Source: a virus (lineage: Duplodnaviria; Caudoviricetes). From it: a stretch of 26,256 nt of DNA. The stretch lies in IMG/VR virus record IMGVR_UViG_3300022862_000025, positions 1 to 26,256 of that record; one strand, 5' to 3'. Position 1 is the first letter of the stretch. Every line of letters begins with the position of its first letter. The position numbers and the translations under genes are program-made. The notes under the pieces were generated by a model. It saw nothing but the letters and a program-made list of their open reading frames with translations, was not told the DNA's origin and searched no databases. This document shows positions 18,255-26,256 of the stretch, in pieces.

Positions 18255-18931
18255 CCATTATCCTCCTCACCAGAATTACTTCTACCTTCGCGTTCACCTG
18301 TAATACGTAGAATACCCACTTTATTAATTGAAGATGATGGGTCAATACGAATAATACGATAAGTTTCATTGTATAAATTAAATTGTTCGTTTAATTCAAT
18401 TGAAGGGGCTTCAGTGTAAGGGATAGTTATCATTACTTGGTTTGCTAATAAGTTTACAGGTTCGTTGGTATCTGCAATAGCAGTAGAAGCGTCATTCATT
18501 TTTACTACACAAGGTACTTGAATTATTTCTCCAGGAATAATGTCGTAAACAGGTCTTCCTAAATTATCTATACCTACTTGAACCTTTTTATCCTCTAATT
18601 TAACAGGAAATGATGCACTACATAAACGTACTTCTGCTTTTCTATAAATCCTATTGTCTTCTGATTTAGTTACAATTAACCAATACTCACTATCGTATTC
18701 AATCAAGTTTCCTCGTTCAATATCAACTATGTGACCAATTATTTTCATACCTTCACCATCAGCATCCCATTTTTGATTCATGAGAACTTTAGCTAGTTTG
18801 TCATAATTAATTTTTACATCATAAGATGAATATCCATTTAATGAACGATTCAACAAGAATAATGAGTCGTGTTCAATTTTTTTAGTCACATCAATTCTGT
18901 GATAATTACTAAAGTCTTTCAACTTCATCAC
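18251..18931 (-). CDS. Head-tail joining protein (YomX-like)
   Basis: 226 aa. Beta-barrel motifs RGNLIEYDSEYWLIV and FNLYNETYRIIRID; assigned by synteny. Confidence 0.55.
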   Translation of the reverse strand: MMKLKDFSNYHRIDVTKKIEHDSLFLLNRSLNGYSSYDVKINYDKLAKVLMNQKWDADGEGMKIIGHIVDIERGNLIEYDSEYWLIVTKSEDNRIYRKAEVRLCSASFPVKLEDKKVQVGIDNLGRPVYDIIPGEIIQVPCVVKMNDASTAIADTNEPVNLLANQVMITIPYTEAPSIELNEQFNLYNETYRIIRIDPSSSINKVGILRITGEREGRSNSGEEDNG

Positions 18932-19166
18932 CTACAATCACTAATTGATAAGGCAATCTACCAAGACTTCCACTTACATCAAGAATATTATTCTTAATTT
19001 CTAGTAATTCATCGTTAGTTTCTAATGATTCTCCTACATACTTTTCAATTAAATGTAAAGTAGCATTATTTTTACGTTTAAGAAACCTCATATACATTTG
19101 GATAGGTTCTAATCCATCAATAAAGAAATCATTATCTATGTCAACTTTTATGTTTTTATGAATCAT
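18909..19166 (-). CDS. Small hypothetical phage protein (YomY-like)
   Basis: 85 aa, GGAGG RBS, ATGA overlap with the upstream gene. Confidence 0.6.
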   Translation of the reverse strand: MIHKNIKVDIDNDFFIDGLEPIQMYMRFLKRKNNATLHLIEKYVGESLETNDELLEIKNNILDVSGSLGRLPYQLVIVGDEVERL

Positions 19167-19564
19167 AAAAAGTCCTCCATAGCATTTAAAATAATTTCAT
19201 CTATTAAATCTTCTTGTTCCTTAACAGACTTATTGAGAGAATCTAATTGTGTTTTAAAATTTCTAACTCCTACATCAGCAGAAAATGGGTTGTATAATTT
19301 TTCATAAAATACTCTTGAGTTTATTAACTGAATCAACTTTATATAAGCTGATAGTAGAATCAAATGATCTTCACCTGATAATCCTTCTACAGTCTCAGAT
19401 GCATTATTACAAACAGCAGTAGTACGAAGTCTGTTATTAACTCTAATAACTGCATTTTGTATTACAGATGGTATTTGATCTGGATGAGGTAAGTCTACAT
19501 CTTCTACCATGTAATTCTCTAAAAAACTAGTCCATATACAATCGTAAGTAAGCAAATTTAACAC
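19163..19564 (-). CDS. Putative head-tail adaptor (YomZ-like)
   Basis: 133 aa helical protein two genes downstream of the capsid gene. Exact start uncertain. Confidence 0.55.
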   Translation of the reverse strand: MLNLLTYDCIWTSFLENYMVEDVDLPHPDQIPSVIQNAVIRVNNRLRTTAVCNNASETVEGLSGEDHLILLSAYIKLIQLINSRVFYEKLYNPFSADVGVRNFKTQLDSLNKSVKEQEDLIDEIILNAMEDFL

Positions 19565-20032
19565 CTACTTTTCTTCATCTAATTCATTTTTGTACCATTG
19601 TTCAATCCATGAAGTTTTAGCACCTGATAATTCATCTTTAATATCTTCAGCTACACCTTTGATAAAACTTTTCTCAGATTTAACTGTAACTTTATTAAGT
19701 GTTGACTTCATTTTATTAATATTTCCAGAAAGAATTGCTACGATTTCATCATGACTATGAGAGTTATCTAAAACTTCTTGTACATCTAGAATCTCATCCA
19801 TTACAGCTTCTTTATTCGGTTGTTCATCAGCAATAACTAATTCACCATTACGAATACAGTTACCACTCATATTCAACTCATCAAATACTTCACGAGGAAC
19901 TGCTTGTACATGAGGCTTACGACCTTCTATAAATCCATTCCATTTATAAGGAATATTCTTGATACCATTCTTATAATTAACATAGTAATCAGCAGGGCGT
20001 TTACGCACTAAATAAATTTTTTCGTTTTCCAT
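19565..20032 (-). CDS. Hypothetical phage protein (YonA-like)
   Basis: Start at 20032 (MENEK) with a GAGG RBS. The track start at 20086 would run through the capsid terminator. Confidence 0.65.
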   Translation of the reverse strand: MENEKIYLVRKRPADYYVNYKNGIKNIPYKWNGFIEGRKPHVQAVPREVFDELNMSGNCIRNGELVIADEQPNKEAVMDEILDVQEVLDNSHSHDEIVAILSGNINKMKSTLNKVTVKSEKSFIKGVAEDIKDELSGAKTSWIEQWYKNELDEEK

Positions 20033-20056
20033 TACATCTTCCTCTTTTCCAAATAT

Positions 20057-20084
20057 AATAAAAGAGGAGATATTAAATCTCCTC
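20057..20084 (-). terminator. Intrinsic terminator after the major capsid gene
   Basis: GAGGAGAT-TTAAT-ATCTCCTC followed by TTTTATT. Confidence 0.75.
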
Positions 20085-20100
20085 ATATGTATTTATTTTA

Positions 20101-21123
20101 TTAAAGTGTGACAGCATCATCCTTAACAAATCCTACTGCTTCACCTAAAATGAAATCAACAGCTAAATCGACTTTGATATCCATCTCTACACGCATTAAG
20201 TTCTTATTGAACTCAGAGTATTGACGTGCTCCACCAAATTCAACAAGTTTAAGAGGTTTGTAACCTACTCCACTAGAGAACATGTAACCTTCGTTAACAG
20301 GTAATTGAGTACGTTCATTAGCTGAACCAATAGAGTTGATAATCCAAGGATTAACAAGGTTCACAGCAGTAGTACGAGCAATTTTAGTAACAGCCATGCT
20401 TTCCATTAACTCTTGTTTGTACTCATTAACTAGTAATGGAGCATATGTAGCACTTTCCGGTAATTGTAAAGCGAAGTGATCAATAAGAGAAGTATCACCA
20501 ACGAATACAGCTTTACCACCAAGACGAGCAAAACGAGAAGCGAATTTAACATATTGATCGATAGTTAGGTTATTACCAGTTAATTGGTTGGTAGTAGGAA
20601 TACGAGAATCAGCTACAGCAGCTTGGAATAGCTTAGTGATTAATTCAAATTTTAAAGCTACAATAGCATCTGCTGATTTATTAACTAAGTTGTTGAATGC
20701 TTCTATATCTCCACGACCTAATGCATCCATTTCATAATAAATACCTGTAGAGTATTCTTTAGGAACTAAAGTACGTTGAGCATTTGAAGCAACACGTACA
20801 TGTTCTACTGACGCACCATTAGCAGACCATACAAACTTAGCATTGAATTCTTGTGGAATGTCATATAAGAAAGCATTACCACGCTCGGTACGTTCTTGAC
20901 TAGCTAGGATTTCAAGTAATTCATAAGATTTACGTTGAGCGATAATTTCTGCTTCCTTAATTACTACGTTGTTGAATTGTTGCAATTCATGTTGAGAAGG
21001 AATAGTTCCTTGTCCAAAAGTCTCATTCATATAAGCTTTAAATTTAACGTCATCTGAAGCCTCTGTTTTGTTGTTTAGAATACGGTTAAATAAACCTGAT
21101 AATTTTTCAGTATCGATTGCCAT
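20101..21123 (-). CDS. Major capsid protein (YonB-like)
   Basis: 340 aa, follows the scaffold and decoration genes and is followed by a terminator. Size and position match the SPbeta capsid gene as recalled. Confidence 0.75.
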   Translation of the reverse strand: MAIDTEKLSGLFNRILNNKTEASDDVKFKAYMNETFGQGTIPSQHELQQFNNVVIKEAEIIAQRKSYELLEILASQERTERGNAFLYDIPQEFNAKFVWSANGASVEHVRVASNAQRTLVPKEYSTGIYYEMDALGRGDIEAFNNLVNKSADAIVALKFELITKLFQAAVADSRIPTTNQLTGNNLTIDQYVKFASRFARLGGKAVFVGDTSLIDHFALQLPESATYAPLLVNEYKQELMESMAVTKIARTTAVNLVNPWIINSIGSANERTQLPVNEGYMFSSGVGYKPLKLVEFGGARQYSEFNKNLMRVEMDIKVDLAVDFILGEAVGFVKDDAVTL

Positions 21124-21801
21124 AAATAAATTTCCTCTTTTCTAATTGTTTTTATGTATTTGTTTAATTAAACACCTTTTATTACTACTAAACGAATAGT
21201 TGGTTGTCCTAATGTGTAAGTAGCGTCAAGCTCTGTACGACGAACTTCGAAGAATACAGGGTGAGTAGTTGCAGTAGCAGCAGGATCTACTACAAATTTC
21301 TTTTTAGTAGCATCGTAAAATGCTTTGTCCCCAACTTTAATTTCAGTACCTGCAGTAATGTGTTCATAAGCTGAAACGTCAAATAATAAGCCATTAGTTA
21401 AGTAAACTACACGTTGTTTTTCTCCTGCGCCATTATAAAATTGAGCGATGTCATCTTGAGGTAGATATGTACGTTCTACACCTGCTGTTAAGAAGATGTG
21501 ATTAGCATCAGTTTCATCTGCAAATGCTTTAACTTGCAATTCGTTAGCTCCACCAATATTTACTGATTTACCACCAACTGTTACAGTAACGTCATTAGCA
21601 GATAGCTTACCTTGCACTAAATGGAAGTTGTCAATGTCCTCAGTGAAGAATGCGCCATTTGCATAATCTTGAATATATTGTTGTGCAGATACTAAGTTAC
21701 CAACTGAACGTACATCTAATTTTGATAAAGTATTAAAAGCTTTAGTTGCCATAAATAAATTTCCTCTTTTCTAATTGTTTTTATGTATTTGTTTAATTAA
21801 A
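21117..21801. repeat. Perfect 56-bp direct repeat (21117-21172 and 21746-21801)
   Basis: ttgccataaataaatttcctcttttctaattgtttttatgtatttgtttaattaaa occurs twice. Each copy spans a stop codon, leader, RBS and ATGGCAA. Confidence 0.95.
21168..21752 (-). CDS. Capsid decoration/cement protein (YonC-like)
   Basis: 194 aa beta-rich protein between the scaffold and capsid genes. Shares its leader with the capsid gene. Confidence 0.6.
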   Translation of the reverse strand: MATKAFNTLSKLDVRSVGNLVSAQQYIQDYANGAFFTEDIDNFHLVQGKLSANDVTVTVGGKSVNIGGANELQVKAFADETDANHIFLTAGVERTYLPQDDIAQFYNGAGEKQRVVYLTNGLLFDVSAYEHITAGTEIKVGDKAFYDATKKKFVVDPAATATTHPVFFEVRRTELDATYTLGQPTIRLVVIKGV

Positions 21802-23176
21802 TTCTCATGTCACTTAATGGATCATCTAGATCTGGACTTAATTTCTCACGTTTAGGAGATGCTAATCCTGCTAACTTGCTAGATACAGTATTGACTTGAG
21901 ATTTTACTTCTTGCTTAGTATTGAATTGTTCAAGAATCATTTCATTCAGTGCTAATTTAGCATCAACACCTTCTTCACTGTCTAAAATAGACGTTGCTAT
22001 TAGAGATTGGACTTCTTCTGATTCAAAGTCTTTAGAGTTGAATACTTTAGAATACTTAGTCTTAGCTTCATCTAATTTAGCCTCCAATTGAGCATTAAGC
22101 ATCTGTTCTTGGATAGGCTTCAATACGTCTAGTTCAGAGTTTAATTGTGTGATAGTATCAGTAGCAGATTCTAACTTAACCACTAAGTCTGATTTTGTAT
22201 TTGTTAACTCTTCAATTTTAGAATTAAGTTGCGTCACTTGTTCTTGTAGCTCGTTAGTGACAGTTACCCATTCACGTTTTTCATTTACTTCTTGTTTGGA
22301 TTCTAAATTTACAGTTACTACATCATTTTCAACTACATAGTCAAAACGATAATGATTCCATGCTTTTTCTTCTTCAATTTCAATAATTGTATGAGTTTCA
22401 AATACTTCAACTACCCAACACCAATCATCTTCCTTTAGTGATACATTCACTTGTTCACGAATTTGACCACGAATATCATCATGTGATAATTCATTTAATT
22501 GAGTTTTTGCTTTTCCTGTCAATGAATTGACCTCCTTATTTTGATTTATTGCTTGTGCTACTAAACGATTAAATTCTTGTAAGTTATTCAAAGACAACAT
22601 TGTAGCTGATTCATATGCTGGGATAATTTTTTCACCTAATATACAATGACCTTCAAAGTAGATAGGGGAAAGGTGGTGTTCTACACCATCAATGAAAGCA
22701 TGATTGCTATATAAATACTCGCATGACATAGGTAAACTGTTACCGTCATTGAATAGCTTAATTAATAATTCAATAGCTTCTTCATACCTAGAACGCCATA
22801 ATACCGCATCTGCTACAAAAACTTCTCTATCTTCACCATCAATTTCTACAGTTTTCATATAACCTTCAGATGTAAAAGAACCAATTGCAATAGTATCTCT
22901 ATTTACAAACTGTTTGCCATTTTTATCTTCATCTAAAAACTCTTCATGTGTACCAAAATCTTCTTTATCAGAAAGATATTTAGTTACAATTGGCATTCCT
23001 AGAATAGATTCTTTAGCTTCTAATAGTACATCTTCAGTTACTTTTACATTATTTAATGATTTAGTAGTGTCCATAATAATAAAAGAGGCATGAGTTTTAG
23101 TTGGATCATTTAAATCATGCTTCGCTTCATTTAATATTAATTCGAATTGTTGTTTTTTAGTTTCTCTATTTTTCAA
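21797..23176 (-). CDS. Prohead protease/scaffold (YonD-like)
   Basis: TTG start with an AGGAGGTG RBS. N-domain motifs FGTHE and PMSCEY suggest His/Ser protease residues. Acidic coiled-coil C-terminal half. Confidence 0.75.
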   Translation of the reverse strand: MKNRETKKQQFELILNEAKHDLNDPTKTHASFIIMDTTKSLNNVKVTEDVLLEAKESILGMPIVTKYLSDKEDFGTHEEFLDEDKNGKQFVNRDTIAIGSFTSEGYMKTVEIDGEDREVFVADAVLWRSRYEEAIELLIKLFNDGNSLPMSCEYLYSNHAFIDGVEHHLSPIYFEGHCILGEKIIPAYESATMLSLNNLQEFNRLVAQAINQNKEVNSLTGKAKTQLNELSHDDIRGQIREQVNVSLKEDDWCWVVEVFETHTIIEIEEEKAWNHYRFDYVVENDVVTVNLESKQEVNEKREWVTVTNELQEQVTQLNSKIEELTNTKSDLVVKLESATDTITQLNSELDVLKPIQEQMLNAQLEAKLDEAKTKYSKVFNSKDFESEEVQSLIATSILDSEEGVDAKLALNEMILEQFNTKQEVKSQVNTVSSKLAGLASPKREKLSPDLDDPLSDMRI

Positions 23177-23212
23177 TATTTCACCTCCTTTTAAAGGGGA
23201 TAAATTGAATTA

Positions 23213-24730
23213 CTAATTGTCAGATTCTCTAGAGCGTACAGTATTTTCATTAGTTACTTCTGAATCAGATACTGGAGGTCTACCATTGTTTATGATATCG
23301 CTAGAATTAGCTGTGAAAGAGGTAGCGTAAGGTACTATAATACTTTGCAACTTTAACTGTTCAGTTTCGTACAATGTTTCTGCTAGATACTCATCAAAAT
23401 TGAATCCTAATTCCTCTATGTAATGTCTAATAGACCAACCTTTATCAGTCATTCCTTTTAACGCTGTAACTTTTTCAGCCTTAGTTAAAGGTACTTCTTT
23501 CTCGTAAACCATACAGAAATTATCTATTTGTGTATTTGGTAACATTAAATTAAACATTTTAGAGTATACTTCATCTTCTACATCCTCTAGCATTACAGCT
23601 ATCCGTTTATAGAATATTTCTAAGTTTAATTTCGCAATAGCATAGTTAGTACCTTCACCGTTAGTCATAGCTCCACTAATACCGTATGATGCTTTGATAT
23701 CAGAGTTTACGGTTTGGAATTTGTCTCCACCTAAGCCGTCAACATCAACCTTTTCAAAATCAATTTTTGCATACTCTGGTATAGTTACAACTGATACTCC
23801 ACCCATTTGCTTTTGTTCTAATGCGGATTTAACACCTAGATGAATCTTTTTCTTTACTGCACTAGGCAACACAGCATTGGCGTATTTCTCAAAGTTTTTC
23901 TCAGAACCAACAGTTAATACAGCTACAGCATTAATGATTTTATTTGCTAATGATTGTTCTAAGTCTTTCAACTTTTTTTTATGCATTACATCAAATAAAC
24001 CAGTAGTTCCCCAAGAAGTACCTTGTGCTTGATTACGTTTCAATTTACCAGTACCTAAACAAAAAGTTCGTTCATATGGGAGAGTGTAGTATTGCTTATT
24101 CACCATATCTTCCATATACTCATCATATTTTTTGCGAATATTTAATACACTTAACATATCAAAATACAATTCTCGTTGTTCTGGTATCATAGTGTTAAAC
24201 CATGACAAATCTAATACACAAGTCCATTCACCAAAATAATTACGCCCTATAGGGAATGCGAATTGCGTATTATCAAATACAAAAGGGAAGGGGGAGGATA
24301 CTTGACCTAACCATAAACCAACTACATTACCTGATGACGCATTTTGTTTAATCAAATCACGTGTTAATCGTCTATGTTTGATTTTCTTCAAATGTTTATT
24401 TAATTTCTTAACTTGTGCACCAGTACTATTGTTATGTTTCAATACTTCAATTCTATAATTCATAGAAGGTAATACTTCAACCATTTCGAACAATTGATGT
24501 ACATCAGCATTAGATATGTAGAAATACTGCACTAAATCTTCAATTTCCTTTTGATAGAAGTCTGGATTAGAAAACATTTTATGTAATTTTTCTACATTTA
24601 TAGAATCGATAATGCCATGCTTAAACATACCTGATATAAATCCAGTTGAGTATTCCAACATGTAATCTACATAGGAATTAGCCTGTGATTCAAATTCATC
24701 CAAGTTTGATTTTTTATTTTCTGTTGTCAT
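23213..24730 (-). CDS. Portal protein (YonE-like)
   Basis: 505 aa immediately after the terminase, GGAGGTG RBS. C-terminal GRP motif; portal-like size. Confidence 0.75.
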   Translation of the reverse strand: MTTENKKSNLDEFESQANSYVDYMLEYSTGFISGMFKHGIIDSINVEKLHKMFSNPDFYQKEIEDLVQYFYISNADVHQLFEMVEVLPSMNYRIEVLKHNNSTGAQVKKLNKHLKKIKHRRLTRDLIKQNASSGNVVGLWLGQVSSPFPFVFDNTQFAFPIGRNYFGEWTCVLDLSWFNTMIPEQRELYFDMLSVLNIRKKYDEYMEDMVNKQYYTLPYERTFCLGTGKLKRNQAQGTSWGTTGLFDVMHKKKLKDLEQSLANKIINAVAVLTVGSEKNFEKYANAVLPSAVKKKIHLGVKSALEQKQMGGVSVVTIPEYAKIDFEKVDVDGLGGDKFQTVNSDIKASYGISGAMTNGEGTNYAIAKLNLEIFYKRIAVMLEDVEDEVYSKMFNLMLPNTQIDNFCMVYEKEVPLTKAEKVTALKGMTDKGWSIRHYIEELGFNFDEYLAETLYETEQLKLQSIIVPYATSFTANSSDIINNGRPPVSDSEVTNENTVRSRESDN

Positions 24731-24777
24731 TTTTCACCTCCTGTGTACGAAATAAAGCATGAGAGTATTTAGTGATT

Positions 24778-26256
24778 TTAGAAGTATACTAACGCATCAT
24801 CGTCATCATCAAATGTATTATCCTCAATCTCTTTCTCTAAAAATAAAAAGATATAATAAAGTCCATATACCAATGCAGAATATTTATCCTTATCTATCTT
24901 TTTTAGAGTTTGCTCAACAGTAATAGATTTACTTGTAGTTTTTAACTTTAAGTTGGAGATCTCATCTATTAAATGTTGAGTATGTAATCTAGCTCTTTCT
25001 TCATCTATTAGGTTATCGTCACCATAAACAGAGCTTTTCTTAATATTATCGTTAACTTTTAATAATTTAAGACGTTCAGTTTCTACATAGTCAATGAAAA
25101 CACGGATAATGTCTCCGTTTATTCCAGAAGATATTAAGTCGTACACGATTTCTATTGCATTCTCTACATCTGGTTTTTGATCAGTATTAATAGTGTTAAA
25201 GCATCCAAGTTCATTATTTGTTTCGGGATCAGTTACATCTTCTAATAGTCTATCAATAAGTCCCTTACCTAATCCATTACCATCTACAACTACTGCTTTC
25301 ACTCTAGACTTACTTAAATCTTGATTTCCACCATATTTATAGAACAGTTTTTTGATAACTATACTTTGTTCCTTAAATGTTAATCCATTTGGAGGTTCTA
25401 TAATATTTACTAATTGAATTTGACGAATTAACCCTTTTGGATTTCTAATTATCTTTAATACTACAATTGCTGTTTTATTATTACTTTGAGCAGAAGAACG
25501 AGCTACATCGACACCTATTACATACTCATTTAATAAGAAGTTCCCTCGACTATCTTTAGGACATTCTAATTCCACTTTAGTAAGTGTACGCAAACTTAAC
25601 AATTTACTTATATTAACCAAGGCTCCGTCAGTAGTTCCGACCCAACGGCTTTCATAGTTCATTGCAAAAGCCGTTGCAGAAGTGGTAGGGTCATTCTTCT
25701 TAGCTAATAATTGATTTCTAGTTTCTCCACGTCCGTAATGACAAGGTAATTCCCAACTTGCTCCCAATACAATTTTACCTTTTAGTTCAGCCATTTCTTT
25801 AATCATATTTAATATACGATTAAACTCATCAGAGCCACGATAACCGGACGTTGTTACGTAATTGATCATTCCATTCAATTCATATGGACTAACTACAGCC
25901 TGTTCTCCTATTGTTCTTCTTGGTACATTTACTACAGGCTCTAAGACATCTTTAAACAATTCGTTATTTAGTAGCGCTGATTCTTCGCAATTCAATCTGT
26001 GTCTACGCTGACCCTTTGTACTTTGTGCATTAGCAAGTATTGAGTAGGTTCCTCCAGACTTGAACATAACCTCTACGCTATCTTTAGAAAAACTCGCTTT
26101 AGTTATTTCATTCAGTAACAAAGGGAATTTTCTAATCAATTCTCGATGTTTATCTTCGCTTATAGACGCAGCATTTTCTTTGGTTTGTGCTGACATTGAC
26201 AGATTTATATCAGCAAAGAAGCAAGCAGTATGATAAATAGACATTAACTCGATCAT
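24778..26256 (-). CDS. terL: Terminase large subunit (YonF-like), 5' end outside the window
   Basis: Walker-B region KGQRRHRLNCEES, motif III TTSG, nuclease motifs IGVDVAR, VVVDGNGLG and KDKYSAL. Walker A is absent, so the ATG at the window edge is internal. Confidence 0.88.
   Translation of the reverse strand: MIELMSIYHTACFFADINLSMSAQTKENAASISEDKHRELIRKFPLLLNEITKASFSKDSVEVMFKSGGTYSILANAQSTKGQRRHRLNCEESALLNNELFKDVLEPVVNVPRRTIGEQAVVSPYELNGMINYVTTSGYRGSDEFNRILNMIKEMAELKGKIVLGASWELPCHYGRGETRNQLLAKKNDPTTSATAFAMNYESRWVGTTDGALVNISKLLSLRTLTKVELECPKDSRGNFLLNEYVIGVDVARSSAQSNNKTAIVVLKIIRNPKGLIRQIQLVNIIEPPNGLTFKEQSIVIKKLFYKYGGNQDLSKSRVKAVVVDGNGLGKGLIDRLLEDVTDPETNNELGCFNTINTDQKPDVENAIEIVYDLISSGINGDIIRVFIDYVETERLKLLKVNDNIKKSSVYGDDNLIDEERARLHTQHLIDEISNLKLKTTSKSITVEQTLKKIDKDKYSALVYGLYYIFLFLEKEIEDNTFDDDDDALVYF

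Larger units (their letters stand above)
9652..21790 (-). repeat. Dispersed strand-specific motif AAATACATAA
   Basis: Exact ttatgtattt on + at 9652, 9846, 11748, 13286, 14125, 14214, 14299, 15932, 16942, 17667, 21152 and 21781. Nine-base tatgtattt at 11202 and 20086. Confidence 0.85.

Noticed and set aside
9846-21790. Full dif/Xer sites or a CRISPR array built on the TTATGT motif
   Set aside because: No matching inverted left arm at 6-8 bp spacing at the copies examined. Spacing is irregular and the repeat is too short for CRISPR.
1284-22340. Short plus-strand ORFs (1284, 3069, 7253, 7817, 8240, 8538, 8916, 9876, 10106, 12393, 13772, 15230, 15397, 22149) and the minus-strand ORF at 13855
   Set aside because: Antisense or alternate-frame shadows of well-supported genes or of the intron, with no recognisable motifs.
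25970-26010. Atypical Walker B (LNCEES rather than DE) taken as terminase inactivation
   Set aside because: The catalytic Glu is retained and the other motifs are intact. I recall EE variants in this family but cannot verify that here.

Overview
Morphogenesis region of a large SPbeta-like siphophage or prophage of a low-GC Bacillales host, almost entirely on the minus strand. Order of transcription: terminase large subunit (cut by the window edge), portal, protease/scaffold, decoration protein, major capsid, head-tail genes, tail tube, YomM-like tyrosine recombinase, an accessory block (Rha/ANT antirepressor with a premature TGA, an acidic plus-strand orphan with a divergent HTH, a lipoprotein), tape measure, distal tail protein and a partial tail protein. 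Main observations: (1) The tape-measure gene is split by a 2022-nt group I intron (7999-10020), with splice sites and most core helices readable in the sequence. Its P8 loop holds a zinc-ribbon/EDxHD-like homing endonuclease with its own promoter, structured leader and intrinsic terminator, clamped by a 24-bp inverted repeat. (2) A strand-specific 10-mer, AAATACATAA, occurs 12 times exactly, plus 2 nine-base matches, at gene boundaries, RBSs and terminators, suggesting an uncharacterised late-gene control element. (3) An identical 56-bp leader precedes both the decoration and major capsid genes. (4) There is a nested scaffold start inside the protease gene. Family assignments come from motifs and recalled SPbeta synteny, not from database searches.
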